From the IMG/VR virus record IMGVR_UViG_3300020577_003313: 64,000 bases of DNA. One strand, written 5' to 3'. Position 1 is the first letter of the stretch; every line of letters begins with the position of its first letter. A program made the translations under genes and the position numbers. This DNA comes from a virus (lineage: Duplodnaviria > Caudoviricetes). The notes beneath the pieces were generated by a model, which saw only the letters and a program-made list of their open reading frames with translations, was not told the origin of the DNA and ran no database searches. Below, in pieces: positions 35,227-46,300 of the stretch.

Positions 35227-38200
35227 TGTCAAGCTCTTCAGATAACCCAATTGGTAATATTTTTGACAACGTGATGGGCTTTAGCAAGCCTAAAAACGTT
35301 AGCGAATACCTAGACAGAATGCGGGGTCTATCTGATGATAATACTCCGCTATCTTATCTATTACAGAGAAAAGACAAGTACAATATCTTCGGAAGAGCCA
35401 GAGGTACTGTCTGGCAGAGAACTGGCAGCAAAGCAGATCCTATTACTCCAAACAGTTACCAAGGATCTCCTTTTGAGGTTCTTTCTCCTAATAGATATGC
35501 CTCTCTTCCAGGAGTAAATCCTACAAGAGCTAGAATGTTGCAGAAGTATAACCTGCATCTAGCTCACTCTAGTTCTCTAAAGGAGATGTACTTACTTGGT
35601 ACAGATGGATGGCAGGGTGCTCTTCCAATACAAGAAGGCGGTCTTGTACATACAGGAGGCTCAGTAAGAGGAGCTTATAGGCTAAAGTACACTGATTCTT
35701 TAGGAGAAGAAACATATCACTCTCTATTCTATCAAAAACTAGATGAACTCATAGGTCGAAACTTACCAAGAGGAAAGTTCTTAAGAGAGTTCAGAAAGAT
35801 TAACGAAAGTGTAATTGGTACAGGTGTAAAAGGAAAACTAAAGCTCGGCGCCTTGTTAGGCAGCCCTGTAACAAGAAGAGGTAGTGATATAGGTTTATTT
35901 AACGCTCAGTCTCATGAGCTGAGAATGAGAGTAGTCGATAGACCTGGCGCTTCGGAAAGTGATATAATTTCCAAGTTCAAGCAGTTTAAGCAAGACACAA
36001 GAACTATCAATCTCTTAGTAAAGACTAAGGGCAATGTGATACCTGACTACCTACCGGATTCAAATGCCCTGACGGCATTTGACCAAGCTAGAAGAGGTAT
36101 AGAGTCATTCCATGAATGGCTCCCTTCTATGTACGCAAGGCTTGGAATTTCTGGTATGCATCAGCTTGCAAAAGCTGATTATTTAACTGGTCAGAAAGGT
36201 CTAGTACTACCAAGCAGTATAGGCAAGGAAGTATTTGGAAGCTTTGCTTCTATTAGAGAACAAACTAAAGGTTTGTTCCAGGAATACAATAGAGCATATT
36301 TCACGAAAGGCCAAAGAGAGCATATCTTTGCTACCCAAGGTAGCCCGATAGCGTCATTTATGACTGCTGCCGAAGATAGAAAATATGGTCCTTGGTTAAA
36401 GAGAAAAGCTAAGATAGCTATTGTAGACTTTAAGTCTATGCAGGATGAATTACTTACTGTAGGTGATTCAGGTTTTGCAATGACTTACAAAGGCTCTGTA
36501 AGAGCCGCTTCTCATCAATACATTGGTTCTTTAAGAATAGCTGCGCCAGATCAGCTAAAAATTAGTGCGGTAGAAGATCTACTAGGAGTCTCTAATCCTC
36601 GCGGGATAGTCAAGAGTGCTGTTCCAATTTCCTTTACTAAAAAGGAACTCGAAAGAGCAAGATGGAGTAGACGGTATGCGCAGAAAAATTCTCTGCCTAC
36701 TTTCTATAAGTGGGGCGACCTAACTGAAAAAGAAAGAGCACTTAGAGTTTTAGCGAGATCTAAATCTTCAGGAGTCCTAGATGCTGTAGCTAATCATGGA
36801 GGAAGTGTATTCGCTACTGTAACTCATAAGAGTGGTAAGCTATCCATAGACTTCCTGACTAGTAGATTGCTCAATCCTGGCACGGCAGAAATGTTGGTAG
36901 GCGGACTCCGTATGACCGGAACTACCACTACTGCTGACAGTCCTATACACACTGCTTTAAATACTCTAGCAGATAAGCACGGAGTGGAATTAGTAATATC
37001 CGGATCATCTGCGTCCAAGATGAGAGAGTCCAGTATTATTACCGGGTTCCTCCATGAGATGGAAGAACAAGGTAAACTAGATGAAGCAATAAAGATACTC
37101 GGAGGAAATAAAGGTAATACCACTTACGGAGACATTCCTGTAGTAAAAGATTTTGAATCTGCACACAGAGCCGCCCTACAGTATATCAAAGATTTAGAAA
37201 AGTCTAAGATAAAGAAAAACATAAAGATAGCAGCTAGAATGCGGCGCGGTAAGCAAATTTCTGCTGCCGTGTTTGGATTGCAAGATATTGCTCACTCTGT
37301 AAGTATATTCAATGCCGACATATCTCTAAGAGCAGATGCAACTCTAGATATGAACTCCGTCAATCCTGGAAGAATAACTCCAGGAAAGATGAAGACTATA
37401 GCTCTTGCTGCTAGATTAAGAGGACACAGTAATCCTTATAATGATGTTGTATTTAGAACTCTGGCAAATCACTGGAAGAGTTCTCACTTTGGATATGATC
37501 ACTCGACTATGGATTTCAGACTTGGTTCTGAAAGTCCTATCCTTAAGTGGACAGAGGCGATAAACGGTAGTCCTATCTCTCATAGAGTAGAGGACCTCGG
37601 TAGAAATCTAGTTATTTCTAGACACGGAAATAAAGTCTGGGCTAAGGGTGCAAATGCTAGTTACATGCTAAAGACTCCTAGACGCGAAGCGTTTAGAATG
37701 TCTGCTGATGGCATGAGCTATGACGAGCTGTCTAATACAATTCTAGACAGAAGATTTAGAAACAAGATGGCTTACCTAGATCTAGGAAAAGAGATGAACC
37801 TAGATCTGCTTGGACAAAACAAGTCTATTCGTTATCTGCCAATACCTCTGGAACTGTCTAGAGTAAGTGCGACTGACCATAGAGTCATTATGGATGATAA
37901 GCATCCATTTGCATCTTACATGGATCTTCTAAGAGAGTATTCTGCAAACGGAAGCGATACTCAGAAATTTGCTAAGCTTGCTAGAACAGCTACTGAAGGA
38001 ATGTACAAGTCCATACTTGGTAAAGATGGACTACTAGCTAAGACAAATATAATTCATCTTAAGAATTCTCTACCATTTAGACTAACAGCCCAAAGAGGAA
38101 ACTACTGGAACAAGGGCAATATGTTCTCGGCAGAGAACTTCTATGATATCCAGGTATCTAGAAAGCAGTTTTCTGCTGAAGCTCTTAAGAAGATGGGCTA

Positions 38201-39824
38201 TTCAGAGGAAGACGCCCGCAGACTAATAAAGTCTGCAAAAGTTAGAAAGTCTATGTATGTGATGCTAGGAGCAGATCCTGCTCAGCGTCCAGAACACATA
38301 GGCCAGATATGGAGATTAGTATTTAATGATTCTGATAATGTAGGAAAAGATTTCAGACTAACCGGAGCTACTCACCCAATAGCTCAGAGAATGTTGGAAA
38401 GAGACAACGACATGGATAAGTTGTTTCTGCACTTCATCGGCCACGAAGCTGAAAAAGCAGAAGGCATAGCAGTAAACAGACAGTTTGCCAGTATTATTGA
38501 GCAACAAAAGAAGGCAGTTGCTCCAGTACTTAACTTTGTAAAGAGCGAAATAGAGAAAGATTACGGAAAGTCTTCTTCTGGAAGGACAGCTATACTCAAA
38601 GATATAATGGAAGCCTACACAGGTCAAAAGACCTGGGCGTCTTTGGGATATACAATAACGAGACCAGACGAAAGATTAATTCATACTATCTTAACAGAAG
38701 GCGCGGAAGGTCTCAAAGCAAAAGGAATTTCTCTAGGAACTAAAGCTGGACTTAACGAATTCCATATTCAGCAAATGCGTGCTGCACTAGGAGGAGAAGC
38801 CTATGCTCCTGCTATGGTGCTAAGTCAGTATTTATACCAGGGCGGCGTTACTAAGGGTGGCGTTAAGGGAAGCTTGCTCGATCTTTCTAGAGCACTTATA
38901 GAAACTGCACAGAAAGCTAAGACTCAGGACCTAGATCTAGATGAAGCGTTTAGAACCGGAAAGCAGCACATTCTGGATTTTATTGAGGGTTCCGATAAGA
39001 ACAGACTATGGGCTACTACTGAGTATTTAGTAAATAAGATCAATAGACGTAGCTCCACTCCTCTAGTCCTTCAGGGACTAGCAGAAGGTTCTGCTGAAAT
39101 GGCTAATGCCAGAAAGGCAGTGTTTGACGAAGCTGCCGACCTAATGTCAAAGCTAATATTTGGTAGTGCCGCAATTCACGGGGCTATGGGCAGGGGTGTT
39201 AGCAATCTAACTGCTGTAATGGAAGATAGAGCGCCAACTGAAGGTCCTCTTCATCCTAGATCAGTATGGAATAGATTCATTGCCCCAGTACTTGGCTTTG
39301 GACAAGCTGGAACTCCTCCGCCCTCTAGTGAGGGCGCAGCTACTCAAGTACTAGGAACTGCTACTGGACCTACCGTAACTCCTGCCGAATCGCCCACGTC
39401 CAGATCTTTCAGATCTTCATTCTCTGAAATTGGAGAAAACCTATTAAGTAACTTTAAGAGTATATCTAAGAGCAAGTATCTTTGGCCTTCTGTTGGTGGC
39501 CTAGCAGCCATTGGTGCATATGGCTACATGTCTAGACCTGACCTTAGTTCTTCTGACATGCCGCCTCCAATGGATGTTTCTATGCCTACAGACAGAGGAC
39601 CGGATGTGCCGGATTATTCTAATGTAGCTAGAGTTAATAACTCTAGGCCAATAGCGCCTGCTTCTAGACTTAGAAAGCAATTTAACTATAACCAAGTCTC
39701 TACTAGCAGATTCCCAGGTAGATCTAGTTCAAATGTAATTATAGAAGACAGGACTAGCCCAACTAGTCCTTGGTTAATTAGACAACAAATGCAAAAAGTC
39801 AGCGAAAGCGACTTTGTGAGATAA
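35226..39824 (+). CDS. putative single-chain two-barrel (beta/beta'-like) virion RNA polymerase
   Basis: Ordered motifs KIAIVDF..GDSG, LLNPG, GVELVISG (beta-like), then YLPIP, ILGKDGLL, VMLGADP, HPIAQRMLERDNDMDKLFLH (beta'-like). Confidence 0.65.
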   Translation: MSSSSDNPIGNIFDNVMGFSKPKNVSEYLDRMRGLSDDNTPLSYLLQRKDKYNIFGRARGTVWQRTGSKADPITPNSYQGSPFEVLSPNRYASLPGVNPTRARMLQKYNLHLAHSSSLKEMYLLGTDGWQGALPIQEGGLVHTGGSVRGAYRLKYTDSLGEETYHSLFYQKLDELIGRNLPRGKFLREFRKINESVIGTGVKGKLKLGALLGSPVTRRGSDIGLFNAQSHELRMRVVDRPGASESDIISKFKQFKQDTRTINLLVKTKGNVIPDYLPDSNALTAFDQARRGIESFHEWLPSMYARLGISGMHQLAKADYLTGQKGLVLPSSIGKEVFGSFASIREQTKGLFQEYNRAYFTKGQREHIFATQGSPIASFMTAAEDRKYGPWLKRKAKIAIVDFKSMQDELLTVGDSGFAMTYKGSVRAASHQYIGSLRIAAPDQLKISAVEDLLGVSNPRGIVKSAVPISFTKKELERARWSRRYAQKNSLPTFYKWGDLTEKERALRVLARSKSSGVLDAVANHGGSVFATVTHKSGKLSIDFLTSRLLNPGTAEMLVGGLRMTGTTTTADSPIHTALNTLADKHGVELVISGSSASKMRESSIITGFLHEMEEQGKLDEAIKILGGNKGNTTYGDIPVVKDFESAHRAALQYIKDLEKSKIKKNIKIAARMRRGKQISAAVFGLQDIAHSVSIFNADISLRADATLDMNSVNPGRITPGKMKTIALAARLRGHSNPYNDVVFRTLANHWKSSHFGYDHSTMDFRLGSESPILKWTEAINGSPISHRVEDLGRNLVISRHGNKVWAKGANASYMLKTPRREAFRMSADGMSYDELSNTILDRRFRNKMAYLDLGKEMNLDLLGQNKSIRYLPIPLELSRVSATDHRVIMDDKHPFASYMDLLREYSANGSDTQKFAKLARTATEGMYKSILGKDGLLAKTNIIHLKNSLPFRLTAQRGNYWNKGNMFSAENFYDIQVSRKQFSAEALKKMGYSEEDARRLIKSAKVRKSMYVMLGADPAQRPEHIGQIWRLVFNDSDNVGKDFRLTGATHPIAQRMLERDNDMDKLFLHFIGHEAEKAEGIAVNRQFASIIEQQKKAVAPVLNFVKSEIEKDYGKSSSGRTAILKDIMEAYTGQKTWASLGYTITRPDERLIHTILTEGAEGLKAKGISLGTKAGLNEFHIQQMRAALGGEAYAPAMVLSQYLYQGGVTKGGVKGSLLDLSRALIETAQKAKTQDLDLDEAFRTGKQHILDFIEGSDKNRLWATTEYLVNKINRRSSTPLVLQGLAEGSAEMANARKAVFDEAADLMSKLIFGSAAIHGAMGRGVSNLTAVMEDRAPTEGPLHPRSVWNRFIAPVLGFGQAGTPPPSSEGAATQVLGTATGPTVTPAESPTSRSFRSSFSEIGENLLSNFKSISKSKYLWPSVGGLAAIGAYGYMSRPDLSSSDMPPPMDVSMPTDRGPDVPDYSNVARVNNSRPIAPASRLRKQFNYNQVSTSRFPGRSSSNVIIEDRTSPTSPWLIRQQMQKVSESDFVR

Positions 39825-39828
39825 TAAT

Positions 39829-40383
39829 ATGACAAGTGTAACAGTTGTAATTGGAAATCCCATCTCTACATATAGCTATGTGAACTACTATAGCGTTACA
39901 GCAATAAGATCCATAGTACTTGTTGTACAGAGACCTGTTGGTAGTTCTTATGTCAGAAAGCAACATAGCGTTACACTAGGTTACGGTAAGGTCATAACCC
40001 CGTTTAGAATAAGTACTTCTTCTAGAATACCTACTCTACAGAATGTACTTCATACATTTGGAGTATTCGTTCCCTTACCTCAGATTACAACTCTCAATAA
40101 CATAAGAGAGTCGTCCGCTGTAAACACTTCTCAAGTACTTCCTACTCCAAGAAATAACGATCCAGAGTCTCACATTGCAGTTGCAGAATTGATCTCTTCT
40201 GGAGGAAGCTTAGACGGGCTACCAGAAGGTAGCCGACAAATTATTGCCAAAACTGTTACGCCTAACGTAAAATCTTCGAAAGAAGTATCTGTTGTTATTT
40301 CAACACTAGCAAATAATTACGGCGCTAAGTCTAATCCTAGACAGATCACCACATCATATTCTAATAGAATCAGAAGATCATGA
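39829..40383 (+). CDS. Ser/Thr/Val-rich hypothetical protein
   Basis: 184-aa ORF, ATGA-coupled to the next gene. Confidence 0.65.
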   Translation: MTSVTVVIGNPISTYSYVNYYSVTAIRSIVLVVQRPVGSSYVRKQHSVTLGYGKVITPFRISTSSRIPTLQNVLHTFGVFVPLPQITTLNNIRESSAVNTSQVLPTPRNNDPESHIAVAELISSGGSLDGLPEGSRQIIAKTVTPNVKSSKEVSVVISTLANNYGAKSNPRQITTSYSNRIRRS

Positions 40384-43300
40384 CGTCAACTAGCCTACAG
40401 ATTGGTCCATATACTTTTCAACATTCTGTACAAAGTATTGTTCTCCAAGAACAGAAAGCTCTGAATGCGGCGGAAACTACCAGATCTAGTAAGAACCTTA
40501 TTATTGATACTGGAAAAACTTCCAGTAAGGCAGTTATTCAGTTTCTGTTTTCTGGTATTAACGAGATAAATACTGACGCTAGAAGATTAATAGCATTATT
40601 TAGATGCTGTCCAGTGATCTCATGTAAAAATGAGATGATCTCTAACTCTTGGAAGCCTCTGACAAATCAAACAAAGAAAGATACTGATATCTTACCAAAA
40701 GATACAGCTGCTGTAGATAGAACAGAATATAACCAATTTGTTCCTGTTGGGCTAGAAGAAATATCAATAAGTTCGGTTCCAGATTTGCCATTTTGTATTT
40801 ACCTTACTCTTACTCTATCTAAGATAGATGTTTCAAACGCTACGTCTGGAGATATTCTGTATCAGGACGAGAACCCCGCGAATAGATGGACAGATCCAGC
40901 AAAAGCTTTCTGGCTAAAGAAATGGGTAGACACTATTCTAGAAGATCAAAAAATTCCTATCTTAATCAGAGAGGACTTCGATAATATATCCTTTGAATGG
41001 TTTGGCAAAGATATCTTTGGGGATAGGGTCACGTCAAATAATATCCCTGGTAGAATTAACCTAGAACAAGACAGCCCATATTTAAAAATACAAGCAGAGA
41101 CCTGTACCATAAGAAATAACTTTGTGTACAATACCCTTATCGGTAAGGGCTCTCCTTCTCCTCAGCATATGGGTTCTACCAGTAGGTATTACTCATTAGA
41201 TATCCTATCTAATGGTCAGACTGACTCTGGAGAGTCAGAATACAAGATGCTTCAAACTTTTAAAGAAGCATCCGACGAGATGGCGAGATCTAAAAATAGA
41301 GAGAACAGAATCATTGGATGGGCAGTCACAAGTCCTATTTCAAAACTTTTAGCAGTATCGTCTTATCCAATAAGATACCGGTCAGGTATCTTTGTTCCTA
41401 TAACTGTAAGCCAAGAGACTTCATCGGAGCCATTTGTAAAGACCATATCTATTGATATGATCGAAAACAATGTTGATTTCTTTCAGCAAAATGAAATCCT
41501 CCTTACTGAAGGAGGAACTGATTATGATGATCTACTAGCTTACTACAAGAGACTTACTGAAAAAGAATATCAGTTCAGAAAGAACAAGCAAACGCCGGGC
41601 TATGTAGATTCAGCATTGAGCGGAACATCAATACAGAGTCAAGAAGAATATGACGCGTGGTCTCTATTCTGGCCAATCTCTTCCCCAGGATATACTTGGG
41701 TAAAGAACACAGATATCTTCGGTGTTCTCTCTAAAGAAACTCTAAAGGCAGTGTTCTTAGATCCGGAGTACGATACTAAGGAAAGACTAGCAATAGCGTT
41801 AAACCAAGCTATTTTAGTTGTAGGAGAGACTCTGTCTGGTTCAAGACAAGTACCTATTTGGACAAAGACAAAAATAAATCTAGACCAGATAAGATCTCTA
41901 GTAGCAGGTTCTGATAGTGATGAGAAAGATCTAGCATCTATATTCATAGCTATTAAAGATCTAGTGTCTACTAAGATGATACTCGGAGCAGATGAAACTG
42001 CTATAAACTTTCTATCCCAGAAAATATTCCTGTCTTTCTTAGGAGATTTTGACGGAGTGTTGGATGTCAACACAGAATCCGGATCTGTGGTTCAGATCCT
42101 AGCAGGATCTGTTTATCAATTTCATCCAGATTTCTTAAGTGCTTTATTCAGAGTACTAGTAGAGAGAAGAAAGCCTCCTCAGTTTAAGATACCAGCATAC
42201 AGCATTGATGCTGTAAACACTAGCTTCTTTAAGCTAATTGCAGCATTTGCAAAAGACAACAATAAATTACCGATCTACAAAGAGCCAGAACCGGGTACTT
42301 CTAATGACAACGCAAAAGCATTAAGTGTTGTCAAAGCAAATAATAGATGCCTTTACCCTGATCTGCTATTGCCGACATATGGCGAGCTCTACGAGGATAA
42401 GTGGACTCTGTTCGCTCCTACCTATAATGATTTTGGTATTATCAATAGAAAGCCTAGCAGTGATTCTGTTATTGCAGACAACCCTCAAAATGAAATAGCA
42501 GTATCTATTGACGACTATGTTTCCCCAGCTGCTTGGTTCTTTAATAAGAAATTCAAAGAAGGATTGGATAAGCTTCTATCCTTTGTAGATAAGGATGCCA
42601 GTGCTGCCGCTGCTGTGGGCCATAACCTAGTAATATCCATACCTTTTGATACTGATGAGATCGAAGAACTAGAAGAACTTCTGCAAAAGAAAGAAGAAGA
42701 TAACCCGACCTACAGAGCAGCTTCACTACCCACAATCATAGAAAGATCTGAATCAATAATTAGGAATGCTATCCAGCGCCAACTGGATAATCCTAATCAA
42801 AAGTTCTACGATAGCTTAAAACAGCTAGAAATAATTGATGCTAACGAAGCTCTAAGACAGCAGTATCTTTCTAGCTCCTCCAAAACTGTATCAATTCTAC
42901 AGTCTAACGCAGGTAGTATTACAGTAAAAAGAAAGTTAACAGCTCCTGGTGTCGCTGGAGCTATTGTCAGAGTCTTAAAAGAGTACAAGCTTTTATCCAC
43001 TAGTGATAGACTGCCCAGACTCGATGCCTACGAAGAGTATAGATCCGCCGACAAGACATCAGAATTCAAATTCATTAGAGGTTTAGACGAGAACACTCAA
43101 CAGAGTGTGAAGTCTATGATTGACCAGCTTCCTGATACATATGAAAGTATGGTCAAACTATTCCCTGCTTGTAAGGTGTACTTAGTAGATAAAAGAGGAA
43201 CTGATATCGTCGGAGACGATAGTTTCTTTACAGTTAATCCAATTGTGTCTATAGATATTACACTAGACAAAGAAGAGGCAGATCTGGCAGTCATTAGGGT

Positions 43301-46300
43301 AGCTGATCCTATGTATATTCTGCAAAGAGATTACTTCCCTACTGGCGGCATCAATACAATAAAAGGTCAAGACGGAGCTACTTTAAGTAGAACAGTACTA
43401 GGTTCTTTAAAGGGTAATAATTTTGATCACTATCTAAAAAGATTTAAGCTAGCCCAAGGTAGAAGAATACAAATAAAGATGGGCTATGATTCTAATCCCA
43501 AAAATCTGAAAACAGTTTTCACTGGCAGAATAGCTGAAATAGAACCCGGAGATGTAGTTACAATTGTTGCCCAAGGATGGAAGGCCGAGCTCATGTCTAG
43601 ACAAGTAGCATTTGCTAACTCAAATGCTAAATCTTGGGGAGCTAAAGATCTTGCTGTACAAGCTATCACAGCAGCGAATCCAGACGGATTCGGAGACTTC
43701 TATGCTCAAAGAGATACCAATTTTATCTTAAGAAATCTACCTAGTGCAGATGCAGAAGAGCTAGCTAGACAAGTTCTAAGAGTACAAGAAGGTTCCATAA
43801 CAGAACACGGTGAAAGAGGATTCTTATCTTCTGCAAAGAACTCAGTAGTATCGTTCTTTGGTGGTACAGAGTATGATAAAGAAAATCCAGGTCTAGACAC
43901 AAGACTGAAGAATATCTGGTATCCAGAAATACCAGAGGTTAGTAACATTCTAGGATTGAGGTCTTTCTTTCAGATACTTCCTTCTCAGGTAAATGATAGC
44001 TGGGTTGTGCCTTTACAGCCAGCATGGGAAGTCCTTAAAGAGGCAGCCAGACATACTTGGAACTATATAGTTCAAGTTGTTCCATATGATGGAGAAGCTA
44101 CTATATTCTTCGGTCATCCGGATCAGCCTTACTACTACACGAAAGGTAACAAAATCTCTAGAACCTATTATGACAAATTCCTAGAAGGATTTGTCAAGTC
44201 CGGAGAAGATGTAAATAACTTAGTTTCTGGATTCTTCTCTAGTCCTTTCTATGGAGAAGGATATGTTCCTAATATAGATAACTTACAAAAAATTAATAAT
44301 GCCATCACTAACTCTTATGACAATGCTGAACTAGGATTCGCATCTGATAAGAAGATAAACAGTAAGTACGATTTGGGATCCTTCATAGAAAATCCAGAAG
44401 TCTTGGATGACTTTTATCAAGAACTGACTAAGTCTAGAAGATCGGCAGTTACATTTAGAGAAGCAAACAGATCCTATAAGATGCTAGAGCATCTGCTCAA
44501 TAGTAATCTATTTGGTAATTTATTTGTAAAGCTCGCGCTTAAATCTAAAGCTCCCTTAGCTGCTTATCAAGATTTAAAATCTACATACCTAAAGTCAAGA
44601 ACAGATACGATAATTGCCAAGCTATTCTTTGAAATGCCAGAGATAGAAGCGCAGGCTTATTTCTGGAGAAACATAGGCAGAGATATGGAAACACTGATGT
44701 CTCCTAGTGTAAATTTAGGAGATCTACAAGACATATCAAATGGAATGTCTGTTGACCTTTCTATAAAAGAAGTTATCATAAATGAGATCAACTCCATATA
44801 CAAGTCTGTAAGTAGTGCGTGGTATTATGACGTCGGTCGCACTCCTACTGTAGTTGTTAAAGATATTGACAATCTTAGAAACTTAGTTGTCTCAAAAGCA
44901 ACAAATCTTTACTCTAGATACTACACTAATGAACTATATGCGGCCAGCATTAAGTCTCTAAATGAAAAAATTGCCGAATGGGGCAATAACAAGATTACAG
45001 GAGAATCCACTAAGCAACTACAGTCTGTGGTCAGCTCAATAAGAGAATCCATAAAGAAGCTTAATCCTAAATTCTCTTCGATAAAGGAAGATATCCAATC
45101 TGAAACTCTGGTAGCAAAGCTAAGAATCTTTGTCTACTACCTAGCGGAATACCTAAAAAATGATTCTCAAGGAAGACTAGAGGCTGACAAGATATCAACA
45201 CTAGCTATATCTTTACCTCCCACAATGCAGGTATTTAGAGTGTTCCATAATATTGATAGCGATCACGATATTGTTTCAAATAATATCGTAGCTAGTACAA
45301 GAGATATGTGGAATACTGTTGTCATTGAGTATCCAGAAAGAGATGCGGCAACAGACAAGGTAGACGATGAAACAGCTCTATACAATAAGACTGAGTTCTA
45401 TAGCGGCATCAAGTGGGTATACTGGCCTAAGAATGAAGTCTCCGGTGTAGTAGGACTACAGTTTCATCCAGGTCTAACACTTGCAAATAAAAAGATTAGA
45501 GTATTTACTGAGATAAACTGCCAGGGCGGAGAGCTAGCTGCAAAGCTAGCTTGTAATAGATTGGCAGAAGGTCTTAGAAAGATGTACCGAGGAACCCTTA
45601 CCATAAAGGGCAGACACATAAAGCCGTATGACAGAATCATTTTAAACGATGATTACACGAATATGGTCGGCCCAGTAGAGGTTGAGTCAGTAGTCCATCA
45701 CTGGAATCTAGACACCGGATGGGTATCAAATATACAGCCGGAGGCTGTGTGTGATTCTAATGCGGGCGCAGCTGTAGTACAGACTGCTGCTATGGAAGCT
45801 CTATTTGATAAGGTATTCAGAACTACAGATTTCCTCACTGACCTAGTAACCTATTGTATAATTGTAGCCACTTTAGGTGGCGGCACTCCAATAGTTGGAG
45901 GTCAGTTTGCTGTTAAGAAAGGTCTGACCGGAGCTATAAAGAAATGGTGGGAAAAGGGAACTAAGGATTATATCTATGATAGGCTAATTGCTGGAAAAGA
46001 TAACATCCTTAAACTTAAGGACATAATAGCAGGACAATACAAAGATCCGCTGAATGCTCTCAGAACTATAATTAGAACATTCATCCAGGGACCAGGTGGT
46101 AAAATATTTGCTAGCCAGGTTATATCTGGAGCAGTAGATACACTAACTGATACAGCATTTAAGCTTACAGTATGTACATCTTTCGTTATGAATGCTCAGA
46201 AAGCTGAGCAATTACCAGTACTCCTTTCTCCTCTTTTATTTAATGGAATGCCGTTCCTTGCAGGATTGGAAACTGAAGATCCGATCTGGGCTGTATTCTT

